Below are positions 48,795 to 58,411 of a stretch of 64,000 nucleotides of DNA, piece after piece. Position numbers and translations under genes: made by a program. The stretch's first letter is position 1; each line of letters opens with the position of its first letter. A model generated the notes under the pieces. It saw only the letters and a program-made list of their open reading frames with translations, was not told where the DNA came from and did no database searches. Source of the DNA: Terriglobia bacterium (lineage in GTDB: Bacteria > Acidobacteriota > Terriglobia > 20CM-2-55-15); assembly GCA_963664115.2 (NCBI GenBank), contig CAXWPJ010000012.1, forward strand, positions 256,001 to 320,000. Direction: 5' to 3'.

Positions 48795-51293
48795 GTGTCC
48801 AGCCCAGCACTTGAACTTGCGGAAAAGATCAGACAGACAGGACGTCGGTCACCGCAAGATCTCAATCCACTCATAGAACAAGCCGAAGAACTGGCTGCGA
48901 GCGCTACAGACGCGTTCACGCGTGCTGTCTCGATTCGAGCTGCTGGGAACGCGCATCAACTCCTGAACAATTTCACAGCCGCACTGGAGCGATACGATCA
49001 GGCAATCAAGCTCTTTGAAAGCACGAGCGATCAGGCTCAAGTCGGTCGCACCTTGCTGGCCAAAGTTGGCCTGCTGTTTTACCTCAGCCGCTTCGACGAA
49101 CTCTTCGAATGCGCCCGCGTCGCTCAGGGTCTTTTTGAGGACCAGAAAGACGAAGCAGCTCTCGCACGCCTGAGAGTGAACCTCGGCAACGCCTACCAAC
49201 GATTGGACCGGTATCACGAAGCACTGGACTGCTACGAAAAAGCCTTTCCGGTGTTGGAACGCCTTGACGACAGCGAAGGCCTTTTGGCGTCGTCGTTGAA
49301 CGCTGCCGTCGTGTTGACGATACTCCATCAGTTCGACCGGGCCGACGAGAAGTACAACCAGGCGTCGAACCTGGCCCAGGGTCTCGGCATGGATGCGATC
49401 GCGCTTCAGAGCCGATACAACCGAACATACCTGAGTTACCTGAAGGGCGACAGTGGTGTCGCTCTGCGCGGTATGCTCGCGCTCAAGAACGAATTCGAGC
49501 AAAAAGGTGACGACAACCACGTCTGCCTCTGCTGGCTGGACGAGGCCGAGATGCTCCTGGAATTGGGAGACCTTCCCGAATCGATCCAATCCGCCCGCGA
49601 GGCTCGTCGCCTGGGCAAGAAACTTGGCTTGAACTACGAAATTGGAAAATCTCTTCTGTTCGAGGCAGCCGCGTCATTGCGTACGGGCCAGGAAACTCAC
49701 GCCCAGGACCTACTGACCGATGCGATGAAACGCTTCGAGTCGGAAGGCAATAGCGTCTGGACAGCTGTATCTCGACTCCAGGCCGCTCTGTTCCGCGGGG
49801 AACAGGGCCAGATTCAGGCCCTGAGGGAGGCCACCAGCGCCCGGCAGTTGCTCGAAAGCAGCTCTCTACCGGACCGGTTAGCGCTCGCCGACATCGTCAT
49901 TGGCCGTATTCAGCGGGTGAGGGGCAACGCCAGCTGTGCCGTCGATTCGTTCGAATCCGCCGTGCGCCTGGCCAAGGAAAGCAAGTCCGAGTGGATGCAG
50001 TTCCATGCGGCGCACGAGCTGGGCGTGTCGCTATCGGGAACCGACACGAAGAAGAGCCGGATGCACGTCCAGAAGGCTGAAGCCATGCTCGATTCGCTGT
50101 GGCACAGGATCGGATCAGACGACCTCAAAATGGCTTTCCTGAACGATAGAGAAACCGTGTACAGCCACCTGATCACGAACGTCGCACCAATTTCGGTTGA
50201 TGAAGCCTTCCGCTTGTCCGAGCGGGCCCGCTCCAGAGTTCTCGTCGAGCGCCTTGCAGCCGATGGGGAGCGCGTGACCACAGAAGACATTCCAACCCGG
50301 CTGGACCCGGGCGAGACCATCGTTGAATACTTCATCTCCGGAAACGACGTTTACATCTTTGTCATCGACCGGAATGGATTGGAATGGGTGCATCGCCCCG
50401 GAATCGCAGCCGAAATGGAGCAGGAATGGACGCATCTGGAGCGTCATCTGGTCAGTTGCAGCGTCAAGTGGGAACAGCTGAGCCGGATTTCACAACATCT
50501 CGAACGCACGGCACACGTGCATCTCCGATCGCTTTACGATGGTCTGATTAAGCCTGTGCAGGATCACCTCGGCCGGAATCTCATCATCGTGCCCCACGGG
50601 TTCCTGCACGGCATCCCCTTTCATGCGCTTCACGACGGAAACGCATACCTTTCAGAACATCATTCGATTGTCTATAGCCCCAGCGCAACACTCTACGTGA
50701 CGCCACCGACCGAAGAACCCGACGGGCCACCCCTGTTTGTGGCGTTCTCGACTGATGCCGAAGAAGGCATTGTCAAAGAGGTGGAGCAAACGGCTAGAGG
50801 TTTCACAGACGCAACGGTTCTCGTCAACCCTACGGTGGACGAACTGAGAGATGAGATGAACCACTACCGGCCGCTGCTCCACATTGCGGGACATGCAGGC
50901 ATCGATCCGATTCGGGGATCCTTGTCGTGGCTGGAAACCTCGAACGGAAAACTCACGAGCCGGGATCTCATGGACATGCAGTTTCGAGCGGGTACCGTCG
51001 TAGTGACCGGCTGCCACACCGCACGGCGCAACATTTCTGCGGGAGACGAGTGGCTCGGACTGATGCGTGCCTTCTATCTTTCCGGAGCGCACACGATCGT
51101 CTCAGCCTACTGGGCGATCCGGGATGAATCGGCACAGCTGTTTTCGAAAACATTTTATAAACATTATGACGGCACAAACGCGTCGGAAGCGGTAACGGCC
51201 GCAAGCGATACGATTCGAAAAGCATCGCCGCACCCGTATTTCTGGGGCGGTTTTGGAACCTTCGCTCGCAAGCGAAGAGGAGATTCAAAATGA
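48795..51293 (+). CDS. TPR-CHAT (caspase HetF associated with TPR) cysteine protease
   Basis: N-terminal TPR-like helical repeats; SERARSR, IVEYF, IIVPHGFLHGIPFHAL, LHIAGHAG (His), VTGCHT (Cys), AYWAIRD and HPYFWGGF motifs. GTG at 48795 follows GGAGGG; an alternative ATG is at 48738. Confidence 0.92.
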   Translation: MSSPALELAEKIRQTGRRSPQDLNPLIEQAEELAASATDAFTRAVSIRAAGNAHQLLNNFTAALERYDQAIKLFESTSDQAQVGRTLLAKVGLLFYLSRFDELFECARVAQGLFEDQKDEAALARLRVNLGNAYQRLDRYHEALDCYEKAFPVLERLDDSEGLLASSLNAAVVLTILHQFDRADEKYNQASNLAQGLGMDAIALQSRYNRTYLSYLKGDSGVALRGMLALKNEFEQKGDDNHVCLCWLDEAEMLLELGDLPESIQSAREARRLGKKLGLNYEIGKSLLFEAAASLRTGQETHAQDLLTDAMKRFESEGNSVWTAVSRLQAALFRGEQGQIQALREATSARQLLESSSLPDRLALADIVIGRIQRVRGNASCAVDSFESAVRLAKESKSEWMQFHAAHELGVSLSGTDTKKSRMHVQKAEAMLDSLWHRIGSDDLKMAFLNDRETVYSHLITNVAPISVDEAFRLSERARSRVLVERLAADGERVTTEDIPTRLDPGETIVEYFISGNDVYIFVIDRNGLEWVHRPGIAAEMEQEWTHLERHLVSCSVKWEQLSRISQHLERTAHVHLRSLYDGLIKPVQDHLGRNLIIVPHGFLHGIPFHALHDGNAYLSEHHSIVYSPSATLYVTPPTEEPDGPPLFVAFSTDAEEGIVKEVEQTARGFTDATVLVNPTVDELRDEMNHYRPLLHIAGHAGIDPIRGSLSWLETSNGKLTSRDLMDMQFRAGTVVVTGCHTARRNISAGDEWLGLMRAFYLSGAHTIVSAYWAIRDESAQLFSKTFYKHYDGTNASEAVTAASDTIRKASPHPYFWGGFGTFARKRRGDSK

Positions 51294-51712
51294 AGCACGA
51301 CGTTGTCGAAATTCGAGGTTCATTGCTGTTCGATTCCTGGTTCGGCGAGATCCCCCGGGTACGTGAAACCGCATTGGAAGACCGCCATCTCATATACGAA
51401 GGTGGTGGCGTAATCCTCGATCTGCTGGTGAGACGGTCGAACGGCGATCCATGCCTTCACGTCGGAGGACAGGTTTTGCCCGACAACGATTCGCTTGAAA
51501 GCGTCGCAAATGTCCCGGTCATGATTCAAAGAGGACGCGAAGAAACCGCGACTCGGACGAATCCGGTCGGGGAGTTCATGTTTCACACCGGGTCGAACGG
51601 AGATTTCGACCTGACAATCCTTCTGCGCGACCAGCGCTTCGTCGTCCGGGGACTTTCCGGTAACGACCCGCGCGAGTGGCAGTTGGCTTATTCCACGGAT
51701 GGAGAACGTTAA
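51290..51712 (+). CDS. Small beta-rich hypothetical protein of the type found beside CHAT proteases
   Basis: ATGA overlap with the CHAT gene; LLFDSW, RHLIY, LDL, GQVL and TNPVGEFMF motifs. Confidence 0.75.
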   Translation: MKHDVVEIRGSLLFDSWFGEIPRVRETALEDRHLIYEGGGVILDLLVRRSNGDPCLHVGGQVLPDNDSLESVANVPVMIQRGREETATRTNPVGEFMFHTGSNGDFDLTILLRDQRFVVRGLSGNDPREWQLAYSTDGER

Positions 51713-51714
51713 CA

Positions 51715-53397
51715 ATGATGAAACGTACTTTACTAACGCTGCTAGTGAGCGCATGCCTAGTCTCTGGTGGTTTGGCGGCAGGCGCTCAGAACCTAATCGT
51801 CCAGGCCAAAGATGAGAAGACCATCAAACGGATCCAGAAGAAATACGGAGCTCAACTCCTGGGGCAGATCAATGGCCAGGACGGCCAGGGCATCTTCCAA
51901 ATTCAGATCGACGATAGCAAAAAAGGGGAAAAAGGCAAGTCCAGTAAGCAGATCAAAGGCCAGGACATCTCCAAAATTCAGATCGACGATGGCAAAAAAG
52001 GCAAAAAAGGTAAGTCCAGTAAGAGCACCAAGGAACTCGACAAGCTGATCAAAGAAATCCTGAATGAAAAAGGCATAGTCAGCGTTGAGCCGAACTATCC
52101 GCTCTCAGTCGACGCCGGTGTTGGTCCTGACTTGGAATGGTCGGTCATGTCCCTGTTCTGGAGCGTCATGTCGCTGTTCGGGGAAAAGACGCCGACCGAC
52201 TTCTACGGGACTGAGGTGATCGAAGGATACGCGAATCAGCCGGCTCTCGACGTCATCCATGCCTCCGACATTCGCTCTGTATCGACTGGCGCTGGCACAC
52301 GGGTCGCCTTCATCGACACCGGTGTCGATCCAGACCACCCTGCTCTGCGTCCCTGGATCGACGAAGGGATAGATCTGCTGGGAACGGGCTTGGCCTCGGA
52401 ATTGAGCGGCCTGGACTGGTCGGTCATGTCGCTGTTCGAAGACACGGTGCGCATCTTCAAGCGCGGGCTCGGCCTGGATTGGTCCGTCATGTCCTTGTTC
52501 CTCGAACACCTGGAAAAACTTGGACTGGATTGGTCCGTCATGTCTCTTTTTTCCGATCAGTTGCAGAAGCTCGGCGTCGACCTGGACTGGTCCGTCATGT
52601 CTCTCTTTTGGTCCGTCATGTCTCTCTTCTCCGACGACGTAGAAACACTCGATCTGGACTGGTCCGTCATGTCTCTCTTCTCTGAAGAAGTGGAGCAACT
52701 CAACCTCGATTGGTCGGTCATGTCACTGTTTGGCGATGCCGATGGGAACGCCGGAGGGGGGATGCCTGCAAAATTCGGTCATGGGACTCTCGTCGCCGGC
52801 CTGATCCACGCCGTGGCCCCTGAAGCCCAGCTGGTCCCCGTCCGTGCGTTTGACCCTTACAGCAACTCGACCCTGTTCTTGGCAACCGCTGCTGTATATG
52901 CGGCTGTTGACCTAGACGTCGACGTTATCAATATGAGCTTTTCGATCGGAACGGACTCCGCCGCTTTCCAGAGTGCCCTCAACTACGCTTGGTCCCAGGG
53001 CGTCACGCTGGTCGCTTCCGTCGGGAACGACGGCATCGATGCGGGCGACATTTACCCTGCAGCCTACCCCAAGGTAATCGGCGTCGCGGCTACGAATCTG
53101 GAGGACCAAATCACATCGTTTTCCAATTTCGGAAAGACTGTCGATGTTACGGCTCCCGGGGAGATCGTCTCCACCTATCCGGGAGGTTTGTATGCACGAG
53201 CCTCGGGAACGTCGTTCAGCGCGCCTATGGTCAGCGGATCAGTTGCTCTGCTCGCCTCGTTGGGTAAGAGAAACAAAGCCGCCGCACAAACAGTCGTGAA
53301 CACGGCCGACTCGGTCTACGAGTCCAATCCAGACCTCTTTAGACAAGCGCTCGGACAAGGCCGAGTCAATCTGTTGAACGCATTAGGTGTGAATTAG
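51715..53397 (+). CDS. Secreted S8 subtilisin-like protease containing nine WSVMSLF repeats
   Basis: Signal peptide MMKRTLL...AAGA; triad FIDTG / GHGT / GTSFS; oxyanion SVGN; VINMSF motif. Confidence 0.93.
   Translation: MMKRTLLTLLVSACLVSGGLAAGAQNLIVQAKDEKTIKRIQKKYGAQLLGQINGQDGQGIFQIQIDDSKKGEKGKSSKQIKGQDISKIQIDDGKKGKKGKSSKSTKELDKLIKEILNEKGIVSVEPNYPLSVDAGVGPDLEWSVMSLFWSVMSLFGEKTPTDFYGTEVIEGYANQPALDVIHASDIRSVSTGAGTRVAFIDTGVDPDHPALRPWIDEGIDLLGTGLASELSGLDWSVMSLFEDTVRIFKRGLGLDWSVMSLFLEHLEKLGLDWSVMSLFSDQLQKLGVDLDWSVMSLFWSVMSLFSDDVETLDLDWSVMSLFSEEVEQLNLDWSVMSLFGDADGNAGGGMPAKFGHGTLVAGLIHAVAPEAQLVPVRAFDPYSNSTLFLATAAVYAAVDLDVDVINMSFSIGTDSAAFQSALNYAWSQGVTLVASVGNDGIDAGDIYPAAYPKVIGVAATNLEDQITSFSNFGKTVDVTAPGEIVSTYPGGLYARASGTSFSAPMVSGSVALLASLGKRNKAAAQTVVNTADSVYESNPDLFRQALGQGRVNLLNALGVN
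52138..52731 (+). repeat. Nine in-frame 21-nt repeats encoding WSVMSLF
   Basis: Copies start at 52138, 52159, 52417, 52480, 52531, 52588, 52609, 52660 and 52711. Confidence 0.97.
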
Positions 53398-54492
53398 ATG
53401 CAAGCTAAGATGGCAATATCCAAATCGGAAGTCAGTCTGATCGGGCGCTTCGGGTACTCGGTTCTCGAAGCGCCGGACATCCGCTCGGTCGTGGCTGAAG
53501 CGCTCCGGATTCTACGGAGATTAACTCCGGCTAAGGAGGTAAGGGTTGTATATTATTCCGCATCACGCTGGAAAGAATGGCATGCGACCGGGCAGCAGGT
53601 CCGGGAATTCGACTATGACGAGTGGCCATCGCCCTCACCAGCCGCCGAAACTGTAAGGTTAGAAACGAGCAAGGACCAATACGGATTCGTCTCGATCAGT
53701 CCGGCGGCGCCAGACAACAGATGGGTCCTCGAGCTGATGGCACCCCATATTTCGGCCGCGCTGACCTTGAAGTCAGCCATTCGCAGGGCACAAAACACAG
53801 CGCAGTCGGAAACCGAGCTCGTGCGGATCACCTTGCGCGCTCGAGAGGATGAACGCCGCCGGATTACGCACGAACTCCATGACGATGTCGGCCAGACGAT
53901 CGCCGTGCTGAAGCTGAAACTCAAGGTCCTTCAGAACCGGATCCAGAAGAACGGATCCAATCCGGAAACGGTCGAGGAGTTGACCGAGGCGCGCAAGAGC
54001 GTCGGTTTACTCTTGTCGAAGATACGGGACGTCTCTCACACGCTATACCCCAGGATTCTGGACACGATGGGCTTTGTACCTGCTTTGCAGGAACTGGTCA
54101 GCCAGGTATCCACGCCGTCCGAAATCGATGCGCGTTGCACCGTTCGTGGAAAGCCGAGTCCCATGGACAAAGACACCACAGTTTCACTCTACCGCTGTTG
54201 CCAGGAGGCCATCAGCAACGCGATCCGTCACTCAGGAGCCTCAACACTTGAGGTTCGTATTTATTTTTCCGACACGCAGGTTCGGGCGGTCATCGAAGAC
54301 GACGGCCGGGGATTCGATCCCCGTCGCTTTTATGATTCCAGTGGCAAGCTGATGAGCTCCGGCTTCTGGACCGTTCGTCAAAGGATGAATGATGTGAATG
54401 GGTCCTTCCGGATCGGCACGGCCATAGGGAAGGGAACCTCGATTGAAATGATCGTACCTTTAAGGATGAAAGATGACGACAATGACCAGTGA
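53398..54492 (+). CDS. Soluble HisKA_3-type (NarX/DesK-like) sensor histidine kinase
   Basis: EDERRRITHELHDDVGQ H-box; QEAISNAIRHS N-box; EDDGRGFD; no TM segments; short GAF-like N-terminal region. Confidence 0.92.
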   Translation: MQAKMAISKSEVSLIGRFGYSVLEAPDIRSVVAEALRILRRLTPAKEVRVVYYSASRWKEWHATGQQVREFDYDEWPSPSPAAETVRLETSKDQYGFVSISPAAPDNRWVLELMAPHISAALTLKSAIRRAQNTAQSETELVRITLRAREDERRRITHELHDDVGQTIAVLKLKLKVLQNRIQKNGSNPETVEELTEARKSVGLLLSKIRDVSHTLYPRILDTMGFVPALQELVSQVSTPSEIDARCTVRGKPSPMDKDTTVSLYRCCQEAISNAIRHSGASTLEVRIYFSDTQVRAVIEDDGRGFDPRRFYDSSGKLMSSGFWTVRQRMNDVNGSFRIGTAIGKGTSIEMIVPLRMKDDDNDQ

Positions 54493-55132
54493 AAAAATAC
54501 GCCTGTTGATCGCCGACGATCACACGATTCTGAGACAGGGACTTCGCCGCATTCTGGAAGAAGAGCACGACATGGAAGTTGTTGGAGAAGCGGCGACCGG
54601 GACCGATGCGGTCACCCTGGCCGAGGAACTCCAACCCGACATCGTCATCATGGATATTTCGATGCCGGGCCAGAACGGGATCGAGAGTACCCGTCAGATC
54701 TCGATGCAAGGTGACTCGCGGGTCCTGGTTTTGACGGTTCATCTTGAACGACAGGTGATCGCCAACGCGGTGACTGCCGGTGCCTCGGGATACCTCCTGA
54801 AGGATTCGCTCGACGATCAGTTGCTGACAGCCGTGCGCACGATCCATGAAGGGGGGGCCGTGTTCTCCCCGGACGTGACCAAAATTCTTGCCAATCTCGA
54901 ACCCACCGACAAAGCATCAGAGCGCACTCTGGATCTGTTAACACCTCGAGAAAAGGAAGTGTTCTATCTCCTGGCGGACGGCAAGGCCTCGGCCGCAATC
55001 GCCGACCTGTTGTTCGTCAGCCCCAAAACCATCCATACCCACCGGCAACACATCATGGACAAGCTCGGGTTACGGACGATCGGAGAGTTGATCCGTTACG
55101 CCATTCGCGAAGGCCTGGTCAACGACGCCTGA
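54473..55132 (+). CDS. NarL/LuxR-family response regulator
   Basis: LIADDH, MDISMP (phospho-Asp) and GYLLK motifs; LTPREKEV...SPKTIHTHRQHIMDKL HTH. Alternative start at 54482. Confidence 0.95.
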   Translation: MTTMTSEKIRLLIADDHTILRQGLRRILEEEHDMEVVGEAATGTDAVTLAEELQPDIVIMDISMPGQNGIESTRQISMQGDSRVLVLTVHLERQVIANAVTAGASGYLLKDSLDDQLLTAVRTIHEGGAVFSPDVTKILANLEPTDKASERTLDLLTPREKEVFYLLADGKASAAIADLLFVSPKTIHTHRQHIMDKLGLRTIGELIRYAIREGLVNDA

Positions 55133-55198
55133 ACTTTGTCGTTTCTAGTAACTGTCGATGTCCGCGATACCGAATCTGCGAAATTGGCCCGTTCGCGG

Positions 55199-58100
55199 CT
55201 ACTTCTTGAGAGTCGACGCGGTCTGAGAGTGGTATTCCTGCAGGCTACAGACGGTGAGAGATTCCCGTTGGAGGTCGCGAATGCCGGTCACACCCGCCCG
55301 TGCGCCAGAGAAGGTGGTAATACAAGGAATGCGGTAGTGCATCGCGGCGCTCCGGATAGCTTTCTCGTCGAAGAAAGACTCCCGTCCCAGAGGTGTATTG
55401 ATTACAAGGTCCACTTCCCCGCTCTTGATCCGGTCGACAATGTGCGGACGGCCTTCGTTCACTTTGTAGATCGGTGTCGCTTCAATGCCCGCCATCTTCA
55501 ACACGTTCCGAGTTCCTGAAGTCGCCATGATCTTGAATCCCATTGACAGCAATTCTGCTGCGATGTCGGCGACGAATTTCTTGTCCTGTTGATTGACGCT
55601 CAAGAACGCAGTGCCCGACCGCGGCAGGACGGTCCCCGCGCTGATCTGAGCTTTGATGTATGCCTTGCCGAAAGAATCATCGATACCCATCACCTCGCCG
55701 GTGGACTTCATTTCAGGGCCGAGGATGGGATCGGCTCCGGGGAAGCGGGCAAACGGAAAGACGGGCGACTTTACGAAAAATTGCGAAACGGATAACTCGT
55801 CAGGCAGGTTGAATGAATCGAGGCTCTCACCCAACATGACCCGGGCCGCGATCTTGGCCAGCGGAACGCCTGTAGCTTTACTGACAAAGGGAACAGTGCG
55901 TGAGGCTCGAGGATTGACCTCCAGCACATACACGGCGTCTCTCTGCACAGCAAACTGGACGTTCATCAACCCTACGACATTCAGCGCAAGTGCAAGATCG
56001 ACCGTGTAGCGCCGGATTGTCTCCCGATGCGCCTCGCTCAATTGGTAGGTCGGCAGTACACAGGAACTGTCACCGGAATGGACGCCCGCTTCTTCGATAT
56101 GCTCCATAATGCCGCCAATCACGACCCGCTTACCATCGGAGAGGGCATCGACATCGATTTCCATCGCATCTTCAAGGAAGCGATCGATCAGAATCGGCCG
56201 TGCATGGGACACCTCTACGGCTTCGGCCATATACCCATCGAGGGCACGCTCGTCATAAGCGATCACCATCGCGCGCCCCCCAAGCACGTACGATGGTCGC
56301 ACAAGCACCGGATAGCCAATCTTCTCGGCCACCGCACGCGCCTCTTCCAATGACGCCGCCATTCCGTTTGGAGGTTGGAGAATATCCAGCTCGGTCAGGA
56401 GACGGCCGAAACGCTCTCTGTCCTCGGCCAAATCGATCGACTGCGGCGACGTTCCGATGATCGGGACCCCGGCCGCCTGCAAGTCGAGCGCGAGGTTCAA
56501 CGGCGTCTGCCCGCCGAACTGGACGATGACGCCCGCTGGCTGCTCCACCTCGACGATGTGTAGGACGTCTTCCAGCGTCAAGGGTTCGAAATAGAGGCGA
56601 TCGGATGTGTCGTAGTCCGTCGATACGGTCTCCGGATTACAATTGACCATGATGGTCTCGCAACCCGCCTCCTTCAGGGCAAACGATACGTGGCAGCAAC
56701 AGTAGTCAAACTCGATCCCCTGCCCAATGCGATTCGGACCACTCCCGAGGATCATCATCTTTCTGGCGTCTGTGGGGTCAGCTTCGGATTCGCTCTCATA
56801 CGTTGAATACAAATAGGGTGTGAACGACTCGAATTCCCCGGCACAGGTGTCGACACGCTTGTAGACCGGCTTCAGGGAAAACTTCTCTCGGGCGGCGGTG
56901 ATTTCCGATACGTCTACCGCACGCAGCGCCGCGATGCGGTGGTCTGAAAATCCGCTGCGTTTCGCCTCCAACAACAGGTCGGCATCGAGCGTGTCTTTGC
57001 TTTGGACGCGCGCAGCCAGTGCCGCGACCTCTTTCAATTCGTTCAGAAACCACGGATCGATTCCCGTCAGTTCCTGGATTTCCCGGACCGTCATGCCGTC
57101 CGACAGCGCGTACATCACGTACTGCAAGCGGTCCGGATTCGGTGTGGTCAGATTTTGCCGCACGCGTTCTGTATCGATCTTTTCGGATCCGGGATTTCGT
57201 CCCGCTTCCAGCGATCGCACGCCCTTGAACATGGCTTCCTTGAAGGTGCTCCCGATCGCCATGACCTCGCCAACCGATTTCATCTGCGTGCCGAGGATCG
57301 GATCGGCATCTTTGAACTTTTCGAAAGCCCATTTCGGAATCTTCACAACAACATAGTCCAGCATGGGCTCGAAGGAAGCCGGCGTCTTCTTCGTAATATC
57401 GTTTGGGATCTCATCCAGCGTGTACCCGACCGCGAGTTTAGCGGCGATCTTGGCGATCGGGAAACCGGTGGCTTTCGAAGCCAGGGCCGAACTGCGGGAC
57501 ACGCGCGGATTCATTTCGATGACCACCAACTGCCCATCATCAGGATTCACGGCAAACTGGATGTTCGAGCCCCCCGTCTCCACGCCAACCTTGCGAATCA
57601 CCGCAATGGCAGCGTCCCGCATGCGTTGGTATTCCCTGTCGGTAAGTGTCTGAGCGGGCGCGACTGTCAAGGAATCACCCGTATGCACACCCATGGGATC
57701 GAAATTCTCGATCGAACAGATGACGACAACATTGTCCTTGACGTCGCGCATCACTTCCAGTTCGTATTCCTTCCAGCCAATCACTGACTGTTCGACCAGC
57801 ACTTGATGGACCGGGCTCAGGTCGAGACCTCTTTGTACGGTCTCCTGATACTCCTCGCTGTTAAAGGCCACACCGCCACCGATTCCGCCAAGAGTAAACG
57901 ACGGTCGAATCACAGCGGGGAAACCGATCTGCTCAACGATGCGCTCCGCTTCACGCATGTTACCCACAACGGCACTTTCCGGCGTTGCCAGAGCGATCTC
58001 CTTCATGGCTTCCTTGAAGAGCAAACGGTCTTCGGCCAATTTGATCGCCATCAGCTTGGCGCCAATCATCTCCACATTGTGCTTTTCGAGCACTCCAGCC

Positions 58101-58411
58101 TCGGCCAGCTCAACGGCTAGGTTCAGCGCTGTCTGTCCGCCAACGGTAGGCAACAAGGCCTCTGGCTTCTCGCGGGCAATAATCTGGCTAAGAAACTCTG
58201 TCGTCAGTGGCTCCACATACGTACGGTCAGCCAGATCCGGATCGGTCATGATGGTCGCAGGATTCGAGTTCACCAGGACGATTTCATAGCCTTCCTCACG
58301 CAATGCTTTGCAGGCCTGCGTGCCCGAATAGTCGAACTCGCAGGCCTGTCCGATAACGATCGGGCCAGATCCGATGATCAGAATTTTCGAGATGTCACTG
58401 CGTTTTGGCAT
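55199..58411 (-). CDS. carB: Carbamoyl-phosphate synthase large subunit
   Basis: [36 protein letters not shown] and [10 protein letters not shown] motifs; MGS domain. Confidence 0.98.
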   Translation of the reverse strand: MPKRSDISKILIIGSGPIVIGQACEFDYSGTQACKALREEGYEIVLVNSNPATIMTDPDLADRTYVEPLTTEFLSQIIAREKPEALLPTVGGQTALNLAVELAEAGVLEKHNVEMIGAKLMAIKLAEDRLLFKEAMKEIALATPESAVVGNMREAERIVEQIGFPAVIRPSFTLGGIGGGVAFNSEEYQETVQRGLDLSPVHQVLVEQSVIGWKEYELEVMRDVKDNVVVICSIENFDPMGVHTGDSLTVAPAQTLTDREYQRMRDAAIAVIRKVGVETGGSNIQFAVNPDDGQLVVIEMNPRVSRSSALASKATGFPIAKIAAKLAVGYTLDEIPNDITKKTPASFEPMLDYVVVKIPKWAFEKFKDADPILGTQMKSVGEVMAIGSTFKEAMFKGVRSLEAGRNPGSEKIDTERVRQNLTTPNPDRLQYVMYALSDGMTVREIQELTGIDPWFLNELKEVAALAARVQSKDTLDADLLLEAKRSGFSDHRIAALRAVDVSEITAAREKFSLKPVYKRVDTCAGEFESFTPYLYSTYESESEADPTDARKMMILGSGPNRIGQGIEFDYCCCHVSFALKEAGCETIMVNCNPETVSTDYDTSDRLYFEPLTLEDVLHIVEVEQPAGVIVQFGGQTPLNLALDLQAAGVPIIGTSPQSIDLAEDRERFGRLLTELDILQPPNGMAASLEEARAVAEKIGYPVLVRPSYVLGGRAMVIAYDERALDGYMAEAVEVSHARPILIDRFLEDAMEIDVDALSDGKRVVIGGIMEHIEEAGVHSGDSSCVLPTYQLSEAHRETIRRYTVDLALALNVVGLMNVQFAVQRDAVYVLEVNPRASRTVPFVSKATGVPLAKIAARVMLGESLDSFNLPDELSVSQFFVKSPVFPFARFPGADPILGPEMKSTGEVMGIDDSFGKAYIKAQISAGTVLPRSGTAFLSVNQQDKKFVADIAAELLSMGFKIMATSGTRNVLKMAGIEATPIYKVNEGRPHIVDRIKSGEVDLVINTPLGRESFFDEKAIRSAAMHYRIPCITTFSGARAGVTGIRDLQRESLTVCSLQEYHSQTASTLKK

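Noticed and set aside
52138-52731. Interspaced 21-nt repeats with 30-42 nt gaps as a CRISPR array
   Set aside because: They are in frame inside an intact protease ORF, vary at synonymous positions, have spacings in multiples of 3, and some copies are directly adjacent.
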